A stretch of 64,000 bases of DNA from Camelus dromedarius. Taxonomy: Eukaryota. Each line of letters begins with the position of its first letter. Within the stretch, counting starts at the first letter, position 1. A model generated the notes under the pieces. The model was not told the origin of the DNA, searched no databases, and worked only from the letters and a program-made list of their open reading frames with translations. Where the stretch lies: contig NC_087436.1 of the NCBI RefSeq assembly GCF_036321535.1, positions 111,788,001-111,852,000 on the forward strand, given 5' to 3'. Position numbers and translations under genes: made by a program. Shown here one piece after another: positions 1 through 13,899 of this stretch.

Positions 1-2124
1 TAGTCCAAAATGGCCTTGCAGGTCTGGGCCACACTTGGGAGATCTGGAAGGGATCATGTCAAGTATCTAATTTGATTAGAAACAAAGTGTACTCAAAGCT
101 TTGCTAGAGAAGAATATGTTAGCAATTTATTTTCTCTGTAACACCCAGTGTTACGTTTTCCAGGGTTTGGTACATATTTCTGCAACTGCATTTTCGTTTA
201 GAAGAACTGCATTACCTTGTACACTTTCATGCACATTTTATCAACAACTTAGGGTGGAGGTGGATAGAAATCTGAGTGTCCCCATTTTAGCTAGTTATTC
301 AGTATTCATTGAGCACTTACAGCATGCCGAATGGTGTGCTGGCTTATGAAAGACTGAGAATAAACAGCCTTCCTCTCCCGGCCTCAGTTTCCACCTGGAA
401 AATGAGGTCCAGCCATTGCTGTGCTGATGCCCCAGCTCTCCAAAAGGGTTCAGGAAGAAGCCCTGATTGTGGTGTTTGCTCTCGTTAGGGTGGAAAGGAC
501 CTCACAGCGGCCAACTTCAAACTAAGAACAAAACAAGACAACATGAAGCTGGAAAGAGAGTTGCATGTTCCCCTGGCAGCAGTCTGAGCCATCTCCAGGG
601 CCCCAGCTCAGTGCTGCCTTCTCTCCAGGGCCATCTCTGAGCCTCGCCTACTTTCTCCCCTCTTCCCGGACATACATCAGAGTGTCTGCCACCCCTAGGG
701 CAACGCATGTCTTTTTGTGGAATAAGTGAATAGTAAGTAGGAAAGAACACCCTGAATTTTGAACATTAGCTCAAGGCTATTTGCAAACATACCCTTATCC
801 CTAAACTCACGGGCTCTGCTATAAAGAGAGTAGCCACTCCCCCTCTTTTCTGGGTCATGTGCTTCAGAAGAAATGGCAGCTCCATGATTGTGTTCTCCTC
901 TGGGAGTTCTCCTCCTGGAGTTCTCCTGGCAATCCACCCACACTTTGCCACTGGTGGAAACATGGCCTGTGGCTTTAAGCCTTGCCTTGTGGTTTCCCTA
1001 ACTTAAAACCTTAAATCAAGCTCTTGAAAGAAGCTACATGGAAAGTAATGATCCTCAAAAATGAATGCATTGTAAGTGCAAAGAAGACGTTTAATTAGCC
1101 ACCATAATAGCATCATTTAGGCTTCTTTTTCCTTTTCTTTCTTTTAAAAATAAGTGCAGTGACTAGAAATTGTGGGCACCACTGCCTTAGTCCTTTGAAC
1201 TCAATGCCTGGGACAGAGTTGGGGTGGGGATGGTGGGGAGTGAAATGAATCTGTTCTCTAAATTCTAATTTTACAAATAGGCTCAACTGATTTATTTTAA
1301 TGGTAATGATAATAATAATTTTTAAAAAATTCTTCCTCCAGCAGAGAGGGGAGGGTTGTGAAAACATAGTGAAATACTGCAGACCTACAGGAGTTTGGGC
1401 CCCAATAACTATATGGGCTACCTATAGCCTACGTTTTAGTACATTTGTCATAGTTTCCACTCTGTGTATAGGGACTTTCAGAGCCATAGCGGGAAGGGGC
1501 AGGGGCGTCTGGCCAGTGGTGATGAAGGATTTCCATATTTGAGAGACTCAGAAGTGGTGAAAGGGAGATGTGACCAAGGGTTGCATCTTTTCACTGGAGC
1601 TTGAGATTTAGGGTGGTTTGGCGAGGGGATGATGGACATGGATGGAGGTAACCCAGACCCTCAGCACTCCCAGAAGCTGCCATTTTGATCGGCCGCTGTC
1701 TGCTTCCGCAGCCCCCTCAGAATTCCCTGCTGTGACCCCTGTTCCCTTTGAGCCCCGTCTGTGATAGGCAGTGTTGCTGACCGGTGTCTGTGAACACACG
1801 GTTATTAGCAGTTGTAACCTTGGGTAAGTTTTCTAACCTAATTGGGACCCAGACTCCTTCTCCATTAAGTGAGGGCAAAGTAGTCTTGACCGCAGAGGTT
1901 GTTTGGATTATTAAAGGAGATGATGACCGTGACGTGCTTAGCATGGAGGTGGACTCACTCTTGTGGTTCTTCATGGAGAAATAACAAGAAAAGCTGCAGG
2001 TAGAAGTTCGGGGCAGGACAGTGAACTCAGCAGGACACTGAGGATCCTATCTGAAGAGTTTACATAAGCAGGTGTGGAGGCGAACATGGGGATCTGGCGA
2101 GCAAATGAGAATAGGGAACATTTG

Positions 2125-3360
2125 TGGGGGATGCAGTGCTGTGCCCTCTGGTCCCCTTCAGGCCTGAAGGATTCATGCCCTCAGCTGTGGGAAGGTGGTC
2201 CCAGCTCCCGATTGTTAGCCTTCAGCAGCAGAGAGGCCTCTCACCCATGGTGGTCCCTCTTCCCGGGGGCACCCATACCCTATGACTGACTGGTGCAGGG
2301 ATACAGAGGCCCAGCTCCATATCCCTGTTTGGGACGACTCTGAAGGGCCAGCTCAGCCTCAGTATTTCAGCTGGCTTAGCCAAGACCTTGTTTGGTCTCT
2401 GCCCTCCTTTCCCTGCTTCCTGACACACAGCTCCTGAAACCCTTGAAATCTCTGAAGTGATAACTGTTCTTCTCTATGCTGATGAGATGACTGGTGGCTG
2501 GAGCTCCTGCATAATCTCAGGACGGGTGCTGGTGGCCAGGAGAACCAAGCTTCTGAGTAGACAGTTCACCCCACCCCTTGACCTCTAGAGAGGGAAAAGG
2601 GACCAGACGTTGCATGAACCACCAATGGCCAATGATTTAATCAATCATACCTATGTAATGAAACCTCCATAAAAAATCCTAAATGATTGGGTTTGGAGAG
2701 CTTCTGAGTTGGTGAACATGTGGAGATGCTGGGAGGGTGGTGTGTCCAAGAGACAACATTTGAAGCTCTGAGCCCTTTCCCACCTATCTAGCTGTGCGCA
2801 TCAAACTCTATCTGGCTGCTCTTGAACTGTGTCCTTTTATAACAAACCAGTAATCTAATTAGTAAACTGTTTTCCTAAGTTCTGTGAACTGTTTTAGCAA
2901 ATTATTGAACTGGAGGAGGACTCACAGCTGGTTGGTTGGGAGCGCAGTTGACAACCTGGACTTGCAGCTGGCACCTGGAGTGGGAGGGACGGTCACAAGT
3001 CCTATAAAGGACTGAGTCCTCAACCTTGTGCGGTCTGCGCTAGCTCTGTATAGACAGTGTCAGAAATGAATCAAATTGTAGGACCCCTGCTGGTGTTGGA
3101 GAATTGTGTGCCTAAATCTCACACATTTGGTGATCAGAAGTGAAGCAGTGAGTGGTAGAGCAGAAGACCTCTTCCCCTAGGAGTGTGGAGACTACAGAGA
3201 GAAGTAAGAGTTCTTACTTCCTTCTTACTGAAGGAAGCTTTCAGCACCACAGTCCAACCTTCCCCTCTGCCCACTTCTACCAGAGTTCTCCCCCATCAAT
3301 TTCCTGCTCACTAATCTCACTTCAGAGACTGCGTCCCAGGAAACCCAGGCTGTGATGGCA
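2125..3360 (+). mobile_element. LTR16-like ERVL solo LTR, split by a MER21-like LTR (own pieces ~2125-2385 and ~3210-3360)
   Basis: LTR16-type motif gggacgactctgaagggccagctcagcc and terminal ctcacttcagagactgcgtcccaggaaacccaggctgtga lie on either side of the MER21 insert. Confidence 0.6.
2386..3210 (+). mobile_element. MER21-family LTR
   Basis: ttcctgacacacagctcctgaaacccttg, gctgatgagatgactggtggctgg, ccaatggccaatgatttaatcaatcatacctatgtaatgaaacctccataaaa and gacagtgtcagaaatgaat match recalled MER21 consensus; homologous to the reverse copy at 56870-57657. Confidence 0.75.
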
Positions 3361-3559
3361 TTCAAGTCACAGGGAGCAACAAGAACAAGCAAGAACAAGG
3401 GCAGGGTGAAAGAATCAGACAAGGTTTCTAGTGACGACTGATGGTGTTGGGTGTGAGGAAGAATCTTGTAAGAGGTTGGGTCTGCTCTGAAGCTGTGGCC
3501 CCCTGGGGAAGCTGATGTGAAAAACAAATGGTGTCTGGTTCTCTACTGGTTCCTCTCCA

Positions 3560-4400
3560 GAAGCTAGAATTCCAGAATTCAAACTAAAATAATAATGAAA
3601 AGTCTCCCTCTTACTCCAGAACTCCCAAACTCACTGCTCAGAAACAATCACAGTGAACATTCATGCGTTTCTTTCCAAAAATTTTCTATGCACAGTCAAG
3701 TGCATTAATATATATGAATTTTTAATATGGGTACTACATCACACATCCTTTTCTTGCTCCTTGCTTTTTTTTCACTTAATTTATAGATCATGTTCCACTG
3801 CAAGTAACCAAAAACCAGACTCATATTGTCCTCAGTAATAAACAGGATTTGTGGACTTGGATAACTGGAAGTGCAGAGAAAGCTTGGTTCAAAGCTGATT
3901 TGACTCAGTGGCTTAATTATGTTATCAGAGGTCTGGTTTCCCTTTCTCTGCTCTGCCGTTCACGTGTAATTGCTAAGGCTGCTTCCCATTTTGGCTGCAA
4001 TGTGACTTGCTAACATTCCCCAGGACTACATAGTTACATGCTCATATGTAGGCAGAGAGTTATCGTTTCCTAAGTGTATGGGCTATGAGTAATAGGCATG
4101 CCTATCCATGCAGAAATATTAAAATACTGTCAACATTACCAACATTATGTTATGCACTTCCTTCTGCAACCACATAGCTAGATCTATTTTCTTTTAAAAA
4201 ATTGAATTGTCAACATAAGTTTCAGTTGTGTGGATGCAATATCACTTATTTAACCAACCCCTGTCAATGAGCATTTAGGTTATTTTCAGCTCTTAATATG
4301 AAGCAACACTTTGGCGAATGCTCTGCATGCAATTTTTTTGCACACACATGGCTCATAAGTGTATCCATGGTTAAATTCTCAGATAAAGAGCTCAAGAATA
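3560..4400 (-). mobile_element. Old L1 (L1ME-like) 3' fragment interrupted by an MLT1-type LTR remnant (~3795-4080)
   Basis: tatttaaccaacccctgtcaatgagcatttaggttattttcag is typical antisense L1ME 3' sequence; caagtaaccaaaaaccagactca is a typical reverse old MLT1 end. Confidence 0.5.
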
Positions 4401-5189
4401 TAACCCACCTACATTTAGTGGCAGGACATCAAATCCACTGCAGGAAATAAAGACTCCAGCTAGAACTTTCAGAAATAATTCTCAATATTGCATTGTTGTA
4501 CTGCTCCACCAAAGGAGCTGTTGCCTAACTGAGAAGTTGCCACATAGTTCTCAGATCCTAGAACCACACCGCTATGGAACCATGATCAAAGCACCATGAC
4601 CAGGAATCAGTAAGGATCAGGAAACCATTGCTGCTATGACTTCAGAACTGCCCTGCACCAGTAAATGATGCTCAATGGCTTTTGACACCCACAAATTTAA
4701 AGACCCCAGATAAAGCAGGAACAAAATGTCTACCTTGTTTTTGCCTATTAAATCCCATACAGTGCTTCAGATTGATGGAATCTACTTTACATTAAAAACC
4801 CTACCTGCAAGGGAGTCTGGGCAATGCCTAGCTTTCCAGCCCCTGACGTCAGGAAGGCACACTGGAAGGAGGAAGAAACACACACCAGTCTCTCACATGG
4901 AAGGGAGTTTGCACTTTTAATTATCCTAGATCCTGACAAAATGCCCCAAAGGAGAATTCTCTTTGCTGCCTTTGTAAAACTAAGATCTCTGTGGCCACAA
5001 TGGCCCCTGCCCTCAACGTCACTGTGACTGTGTAGACCAAAAGCAGCCCTTCAGAGCCTTCAGAGGTAAGGAAGAGAGGAGCTGATCTTCACCTGCAGCA
5101 GAGGCAAGGCTGAGAGAAACCTTATCTTCCTGATTAGAAACACGAAGACAGCATGAGCTGGAAGATGAGCTCTTAACCTGTTTAGCCTT

Positions 5190-5525
5190 TGCTGAGTATC
5201 TCTGTGGGCCAGTTTCTCCACCAGTTAATCCTCACGCCTCCCCCATGAAGTGGGTGTCATCACCTCTAGGGTGGATGTGTAGGTGGTACACATGATACAC
5301 CTCCCACCCCACCCTCCCCCAGTGGCTGACTTCTGTTTTAATTGCTGGGTGCCTATATGAACCAGTTGTTAAACATTTTGAGTATCACTTCTGATCATCC
5401 CCATTTTATGGATGAGAAAACGGAATCTCTAATAAAACAGCAGGGCATTTCCCCAAGGCCAGAGGGGTGGAAAGCAACCAGGATTTGAGCCCAGTGCTGT
5501 ATGGCTCCAAAAGCTGTTTTTTTCT
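5190..5525 (-). mobile_element. MIR, with a hAT MER63-like MITE remnant (~5320-5393) inside
   Basis: ccccattttatggatgagaaaacgga...ccaggatttgagcccag (MIR core, reverse); gaaccagttgttaaacattttgagtatcacttctg (MER63-like end). Confidence 0.5.
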
Positions 5526-5677
5526 ACCACACCCACTGGCTTTCTGCTGAATCAAATCCTAATGCTAAAACGCTTACATGGTGTGGTGTAGTTTAATAAA
5601 GACTCTGCTTTTCAAATACATTAAGACACATTTCTTAGCATTGGTGACCATACCTTCGGGGAACAAAATTGGGACAC

Positions 5678-6243
5678 TGTGATGGCTGGGCCACAGGGTG
5701 CCCAGATATTTGGTTAAACACTATTCTGGGTGTGTCTGTGAGGGTGTTTGTGGCTGAGTGAAACAGGTTGTCCTGCCCAGTGTGGGTGGGCCTCTTCTAA
5801 TCCTCACCAGGAAGGCCTGAATAGAATAAAAGTGCTGAGAAACAGGAATTCACACTCTGAGTGACTTTCTTTGAGCTGAGACATGGTCAGTCTTTTCCTG
5901 CCTTCGGACTCAGATTTGGAGTGTAATTTACACTATTGGCTTTTCTGGCCTTTAGACTTGGACTGGACCAATGCCATCGTTCTCCTGGGCCTCCGGCTTG
6001 CCCACTGCAGATCTTGGGGCTTCTCAGCCTCCATAAATGTGTAAGCTGATTCCTTACAATAAATTTCTTTATGAATATAACAATGTAACATAATATAAAC
6101 ATATATAATATAATTATGTACACATTATAATTATGTATATAATATGTGATTACATTTAGAATATATAATTACATGTATATTATTATAATATTATAATATA
6201 AGCCCTATTGGCTCTGTTTCTCTCGACAACCCACAGTAACACA
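5678..6243 (+). mobile_element. MLT2 (ERVL) solo LTR with internal AT-rich expansion (~6070-6200)
   Basis: tgtgatggctgggccacagggtgcccagatatttggttaaacactattctgggtgtgtctgtgagggtgttt ... cctattggctctgtttctct ...aca termini. Confidence 0.85.
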
Positions 6244-6869
6244 ACCACCATTTAATACCATAAGGTCTGGCAGAGATGAATTGGAAACTGACATAAAATT
6301 ACTGGCTAAGAGGCACTCTTCTTGATCCAATGCCAGCCAACCTCTCCAGAACCTCACCCCTGCTACCAGCCCCAGGCCCCCCATGTCATGCACTTACTGC
6401 CAGTGCTGCAGGTGTTTGTCCTTGCCCAGACTTCTACGTCAAGTGCACTTTTCCTGAAGGTCAGCATGCTTTGAAGCCAGCTCAAGAAGATAGTTCTTCA
6501 GGGGAGTCTTTCCCGACATCCTTAGAAAGTGTTTTTCACTCCCTTCTAACTGTACATCTGTCCTAACTCCTAAATAAAGGTATAGACTTTTGCTTTTCTT
6601 GTCCCCTGTGAAACTGTGAATTCTTAAAAATTACATCGTCATTATGTTTGGCAACGCTGGTGCCTAGCATACAATACATCACTTTAGAGGGTGTGTATTT
6701 ATATATGTGTGTGTGGTTGCTTGTTTGTTTTTCCAAATTGAAGGCTAAAATGGTAAGGTTCGCTGTTTTACCTGTTTCCTCCACTGTAACCAAAACCTTA
6801 CATTATGAAAACCAATATGTTGTCAACTACTCTAGAATCATAAGCAGTTTCTTTCCATGGAGCAGAGAA

Positions 6870-7100
6870 AACAGGACAGAGTCGTGGGCTAGAGAACAGG
6901 CTTTGGAATGAGAAACCACTGGATTTGAATCTGGCCTCCACCACTTACTACTTTCACAACTCTGAATGACTTAACCTCCTTCAACCCTCACTTCTTCCTT
7001 GGTAAAATGGGGGTGCTACGGGTGCTTATCTCACAGGCGATTGTGTGGCGTAATGCACATGAAGCACGTAGCCCAGTGCGTGGCATTCGGTGTCATCTGG
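6870..7100 (+). mobile_element. MIR SINE
   Basis: ctggatttgaatctggcctccaccacttacta...acttaacctcc...gtaaaatgggg core. Confidence 0.7.
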
Positions 7101-10100
7101 CAGTGGTAGCAGAAACAGAAGAAGAGCAGAATTCATAGCATCTCAGTTTTGAACACGGCATTTTCACACTTCTTTCCCAGAAAAAGAAAGTGTTAGGATC
7201 GCCTTCAGATTTTCAATTATCTTAAAATACCAGAATTTGAGAATTGTGCTTAATGAGTGAAATGTATCGCTCATATGTTTGGAGTAATCACTAGAACTAA
7301 CCTTGGCAAGGAGCACGCACCACCTTCCATCTGCACAGAGCCGGGAGACGTAGGTACCAATGCTTTTCCTTATCTCCGGAGCAGCTTGTTCCTGGGGAAA
7401 ATCATTCTGGGAGGTTAATATCTTGATCTTTGGATAAAATAAAGACGTAATTCATAAGAAACTGGACCACAAATGAAACTACAGCTGGGTAGGGAACAAG
7501 GAAGGAAACTTTGAAAAGTAGAGACAATGTACAAAGTTGGGATTGAAAAGTTTAATGGCACTGCGTAACCTCTGAGTCAGGGACCTGGGATTGTGCCAGT
7601 AACCCTCCTAACTCCCTGTGTGACCTTAGAGAAACCATTTTTTCCCTTCCAAGCCCATTTCCCTCATGGTCAGAATGGGCATTAAAATTCCCATGTCTTG
7701 CATCTCACAGGGGTTTACAAAGCACCACTCAGATGTGGGGAATCTGATATGAGTGAGGGTGAGGGGCACCAACTAACCCCTCCCTGCCCCTTTCTGGAAT
7801 CTTGACCTAAGTGTCACCATCCTGGAGGTAGAACCAGACAGATGATATCTCAGCTTCCTGTCCAGGGATAGGAAGTCAGTGATTGAAAATTAAATAGAAA
7901 AACTCGTATCTTGTGTTTTCTTCAACCTCTGTCCATTTATTCTGAAGTTTAAAAAAAAAATTGGTTTCTAAAATATTCCCTAAACCTCAAATTTAAAAAT
8001 GAGTATATATTATTGTATATATACTTTTAATTGAAAAGCCTATTTTATTAAATCTTTAGTATTCTTTTTTTAAATTCCTTTTTAAAATATTTTAATGTGT
8101 GGTTGTATGTGGGCAGCGGGGCAGGTATACCACTGCAAATTTTTTTATGGAACGAGGCAGAATATACTTATATATATATTTAAATATCTCATTTTATCGT
8201 CACCACAAATTTATTAGATGAGATGTTTTTTATAAATGAATTAACCAAGATGCAAAGAGTTGAGTGAGCTGTCTGACTCTCAAAGCCAGGATTCAAACCC
8301 AAATCTGACTCTATGACTCAAATTCAGGAAGGAGCAGGAACTTAACTCAGCACAACCTTCTCCTACAATCTCACTGTGCCTCCAGGCTGAGCTAGGCAGG
8401 CAAGTGAACTGGACATATTTACCATTTGACCCTTTTAGTTGTGAAAAGAGCAGATAGAGCTGGATATAGTGATTGGATACAGATAACTATCAACCAGGAA
8501 GGAAAGTGATGAGTCAAGGGAAGGAATCCAGGATGCTTGACGAGAAATTCTGGAAGGAGACAAGCCCGCTTAACTGGTTATCTCTTATCTTTAAGAATCT
8601 TGGACTTGAACTGCTAAATTCCTGCTCTATCTGAAAACAGCTGGACCTCACAATTGGTTAAGGACACCTGGGCCAGCGGAAGGGCAAATTTGCGCATCAG
8701 TTGGGGAGAAGTGTGGAAAACCCTTTTATCTTTGGCTTTAATTCATGGAATTTTCTAATTCCTTCCTTTCCCCCCAAAACACCAGGAAGGGGGGACACAT
8801 TCCTTGGGGCAGGTGTTAGTGACATTGTGTTCAGGGCAAACAAACTCTACCGGCGCTTCTTTGAGTTCTGAGCAGCTGTCAATATCACAGGTCTTTTTGG
8901 AAGGAATCTTAGATTTCTGCATTTCAAGGCTGACTATTGAAATGCAAGCTGTTGTTTTTGGAGGGCCACTCCTGAGGGGCTTCACGCTTCCTTTTGACCT
9001 TTGCTTTCTTCTCTCCCAGCCTCCTTCTCAAAATGTCCACTCTTCTTAGGAAGTGAGGATCCTTTCCAGCCAATTGCCTACAAACTATTTTCCTTCCTCA
9101 TTTTCAGTAAGTCTGGGAATTAGGTGTTGGGGTGTCAGGGTTTCCTGACATCCTTTGTTTGGCTCTGTTGGGGGTATTTATGGAGGATTTAGTAAACATT
9201 GCTGTCAGCACTGCCAAGTTTTCAGAAAAGTCTTCTCTCATCACTACACATCCACTCACTAAGAAGCCAGGCAGAACATTTCCTATTTTCCCAAATGTGA
9301 GAATATGCCATTAGATGAGGCTAAGAAGAAGAAAAACAAGTCCCTAAGGTCACTGCAAATGGCTGTGACCAGAAAGCACACTGTTTCACTTAACGATTTT
9401 TAAACAAAACGTATTCATAGAACATTTAAAAATATTCTTGATGCTTAATCTGAAAAGGGCAACTGCACTTACGAATTTTGCTTTTAAACCAGTGAAACCA
9501 AAGTACTCTTGGCAAAATAAATTATTTCTCCCCAAACTGGACATGGGTGATCCTTTTTAAGCTGGCTGCTTCCAAACAATACCGAAGCAGACGGTCTTAA
9601 TTTGGGTTTCAGACAGAGCTCTGAAAAATCATGCAAATGTCTGCAGCGTGTGCTGCATGCACTTAACATTTCCCTGGGAACAAGTTCCAAACCTTGCACC
9701 TGATTTTTATAAGGGACTAAGGATCTAAATGTTTTACATTAAATCACCTAATGCAGCATTGAAAAGAACTTTCTGGAATGAAGTTGGCCTGTGCCTTTCG
9801 ATGAGACCCGAAGAAGGGGGAGAGCAGAGGAAGGGCCTTATTTGATGCCATCAGTTGGACTCAGTCAGTCAGTCAACAAACATGCAGCCAGGACTTGCTC
9901 AATGAAAGGCAAGAGACGTGATAGTCTCTCTTTTAGGAAGCGCAATCATAAACGCAATTGTTAACCACAAATTGCCAACCCCTTTCAAGTCTTGCTGCAG
10001 AATTGAAGCCTAGAGCCTTCCAAATCCCCGGGAGAGACCGCGCGCTGTGCGATGAAGTGTTCATTAGTTGATTTGCGTAAAGTGCCTTGAAGACGTGGAG

Positions 10101-11159
10101 CGCCAAAGTGCTAGAAAGCGTCACCAACCTCCTTTAACTGTCTTTGTGTCTCTTTTACCTAAAGGCAACTGACAGTCCCCAAAATACAGGCCTGGCCCCA
10201 AAGTCCTCATTATCAGTAAGTGGTCCGATAAGTGGTCCAACTGAATAGGGGCGTTCCTTTTTTCCTGAAGAGGGGAGGATTTGCCTCCCATAAGAGGCTA
10301 GTCCAGAAAGAATGCTTCCCTGTTGAGCACAATGGCAGCTTTACACAAAGATGCTTAAAACAGGTTATAGCCTAGAGGGTTAGTAATAAATTAAATCAGA
10401 GGATCTGCAGGCTAGATGCCCCCAGTGCGTTTGGGAGGCCAGCTACCCGCAGCGTGATCTGCACAAAGCCCGGGGAGCCTCCACAGGAGATAAAAGGATC
10501 AGAATTTACAATCTAGTTGGGGCGATAAGATAAAGAAGTCCACAGATAACTACAACATAAATCAGGATGCATTCTGAGCTATAGGAGAGACTCAACAAGA
10601 CGGGGCGGGGGTGGTGGAAATTGGGACTATCATCCTTCATGGATTGAATGGAGAAGCTTCAAGAGGAAAGTAGCTTTGGAAAGAGTAATAAATTACGAAC
10701 AACGTTCACTGAGTCCTTCCTGTGTGTTCCTTGAGCTAAATCCTTTCCACACATCATCTCATGAATGGACCTTGACTGACAGGCAGGCTGTGCCCAGTAG
10801 TGGTCAGGCTGGGGGCAGCACTGCTCAAGGGAGAAACCAAGGTGAGAGTCAGAGCATCTCAAGCACTTCTCTACAAAAGCTTCTGCCTGCCTTTCATCAT
10901 GCTTCTCTTGATTTCTTGTATACAAATAATGATTTTTTTTTTGCATTAAGTGAACTTTGACTTATCCTGCTATGTGCCAAGACCACCAAAATTATTATCT
11001 CAGTGTTTACCCAGATTTATTTCTTGACTATAAGGATCTCATGGGGTATAATGGCAGCTCTAGAGTGTACATGTAACACGGGGAAGAAGCACCCATCTGT
11101 TTACAGGGCTGTTGGGGACTTGTCTAGAAGAGGCATCACATCATATTTAATGTATTTGA

Positions 11160-11400
11160 ATTTGCTGGGCTTAGATCCCTGACCAGAAAAAGGACAGTGA
11201 CGGAACAATTGGTGAAATGTGAATTAGCGAAGGGGCTTGGATTAATGTTGATGATCTGATTTGAATTATTGTGGTATGGTTATGTAAGACATGAATGTTT
11301 GGAGAAACTAAATGAAGAGCATAAGACAACTCAAGACTATTTATTGCAATTTGTTTATGAGTCTGAAATTACTTCAAAGAGAAGAATTAAAAATAACAGT
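11160..11400 (+). mobile_element. Old L1 (L1M) 3' UTR fragment
   Basis: cctgaccagaaaaaggacagt...ttggtgaaatgtgaat...ggttatgtaagacatgaatgtttggagaaact...gagtctgaaattacttcaaa. Confidence 0.6.
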
Positions 11401-13899
11401 AAATGAAAATATTTATATGGATTCAAAATGACTAGGGTGAGAGTGTGTGTTGGTGACGGAAGGGGAAATTGAGACAGAGCCCCAGTCCCTTGTTTTGGTT
11501 TTGTCGCTGCTGGAGTGCATTGGAAGCACAGTCCCAGGCCCCAGAAGCTTCAGGAAAGGGGCCTGGGAATCTGTATTTGGACAGGCTGCTCAACATGGTC
11601 CTTCTCAAGAGGTGAGTTTGGGAAACGGCATTATCTCATCTCTTCCTCTAATGTCCCTCGCAAGTGAGAAGCTGTTTTGCCAGTTGTCCGGAGGCAGTGA
11701 GGCTTGGGGAGGTTACCTTGCCTGAATCACAGGTCTGGCAAGTGGTAAAGTTGGAATTCACAGTTTCTCCCTCTTTCGAACTCTCTAGTAAAGCTCTTTT
11801 TAGGACCCGCATCTACCCTCACTCTATTTGTACTCTATTGTATTTTCCAAAACTCCTGGCAGGCCCTCCATCCTCCTCCCCATCTTCCCAGCCCCCAACT
11901 CCATCTTAACATCTATGGGTCTGAACTTCATAACCCCACTGGCTTCCAGTTACCAACAAGTGTTGTTTTTTAAAATCTCACTTGTTGTTCTGGATGTGTG
12001 TCCCACCTACCAGATACAAACTGAATACCTATTTTTGATCTGAAAAACTCTTGGATTTATATAGCCTTTACATTTTGAATAAGGTTTCTGTTGCTTTCCA
12101 TTTAATTTGAGGTACATAAAACACACAAGCATTAAACTACTTCATCTAATGTCAAATATTAATGAAAAGGTTAGGAAGACAACTTTGATTAACTGATTTA
12201 GAAGCCAGGGGCAGGCTTTCCTTTACAATTATTTCCAATCCCAGAGCCATTTCTGGGGGTTTTCTCTGTCCGGTTGTAGCAGCCCCAGGACTGATCTCGT
12301 GGGTCTCTGGGAAGCAGTCAGGCGCTGTGCTGGCCGCATTATTGAGATGTTTATCACAGGGACGATCAAGCAGGACCTAACTTTCTGGGCCTTTAGACCC
12401 CCAGGCACTACTGCTTGGTCTCCCCATCTCTCCATAAAAGGAACAGGAGAGGAAGGAGATGCTGTGAGACTCAACTGAAGGGAGCAAGGTGAGAAAGAAT
12501 CCATTCCATCACTTAAAATTATGCTTTCTAATGAACTACCATTTTTTTTTCTGCCCAAGAGTGCCATGCTATCCTTTCCAAAATATTTCAGAATCTATTC
12601 ATAGGCATCATTTTGAAGTCTGAGATGCCAAGGAGGTTAAAATGATAAAAGCGTAGGGTTTAGAAACAGACAAGCATGAGTTGAGAGCTAAGCTCCATCA
12701 CTTACTGGCTGTGGGACGGGAGCAAGTCACATACGATCTGTCTCGTTTCCTCACTTGGAAAGCAGGGTTGAAAGCACTGGACAGGGATCTAACGAGAGTC
12801 ACCCACCTCCACTTGGCGCAGTCAGCCATAAGGCTCTCCACCACTTCCCATAGTCCTTCTCCTCACCTCCAGCATCTCAACTGCAAACACCCAGCATTCT
12901 CCCTGTGTTCTCTGGCTAATTGGGGTAACCTCGTTCCTTCTGTTCGCAGCAGCCCAGGAGATTCTCCTACATCTTTCAGCCCATCACATCAAAATTTACT
13001 ACTCCCATGTCCCCTTCCCGTGGGACATGACCCTCTGCTCACCCCTAGCTCTAAACAAAGAGTCCTGTGCTACAGCATCCGTGGTTAATGATGACTCAGT
13101 GGGTCATCTCTGTGATGAGACTTGTCCAAAGTCATGCAGTAACGTCGTCACAGAGCAAGGGCTAGAGCTCAGGCCTCCTCATTTCTAAAGCCAGGACGGG
13201 TAGTAATATACTCTCTTTCCCATTCCATCTGGGGCTTCAGCCCCCGAATTCTGTTGGGGCTGCAGTGGCTGGACCCCAGGACACTATTTACAGTTTTGAA
13301 TACACTCTGAGTGTGGGTGTCAGCTCAGAGACTTCTGGGGCCAGTAGTGGACTCCATCTGGGGACCTCAGGATTTTTGTTTGTTTTTTACTTTTTAATTT
13401 TTCCCTTTCCTTAAACCAGTAAAATGCTTTGAAAGGGACAGCATGTCAGCAGCAGCCTGGACCTCATACTTTTATTTTCTCTTAGCTAGGCTTTGAGGAA
13501 TTGGAAAAAATGCCAATTTCTGCACTGCAATGCAACATATTGTGATAGATGCTTCTTCTGAGATCCCATATGCTTCATATTGCCATGGAAAAAGCACTGG
13601 CATAGCAAGATTTTTTTTTTTTCTATAAATTTCCCCAGAGATTGAATCGAATTTCTGTTGGTTGCTTTTACAGCAACATTGTCTCAGCAAGGGGAGAGAG
13701 AGAGATTGCACATTAACAAATGGAGTGGATTTTTATGTACACGGGCTTTAAGACAGCAGCTTGGAGGACATGGCCCCATAATGTTCCTGGTTCTGATTGA
13801 GCTAATATTCAAAGAGACTAGTCTAGGAATCATAGAGAAATGGTGAATTTCGGAGAAGGAAGCCACAATTCTTGACTTGGCCACTCATCAGCTCTGGAT

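Noticed and set aside
491..590. Possible terminal exon GGKDLTAANFKLRTKQDNMKLERELHVPLAAV*
   Set aside because: Weak acceptor, unrecognised peptide, no supporting evidence within the window
3240..3260. TTCAGCACCAC resembling a REST/RE1 site
   Set aside because: The right half-site GGACAG is missing, and the sequence lies in an LTR remnant
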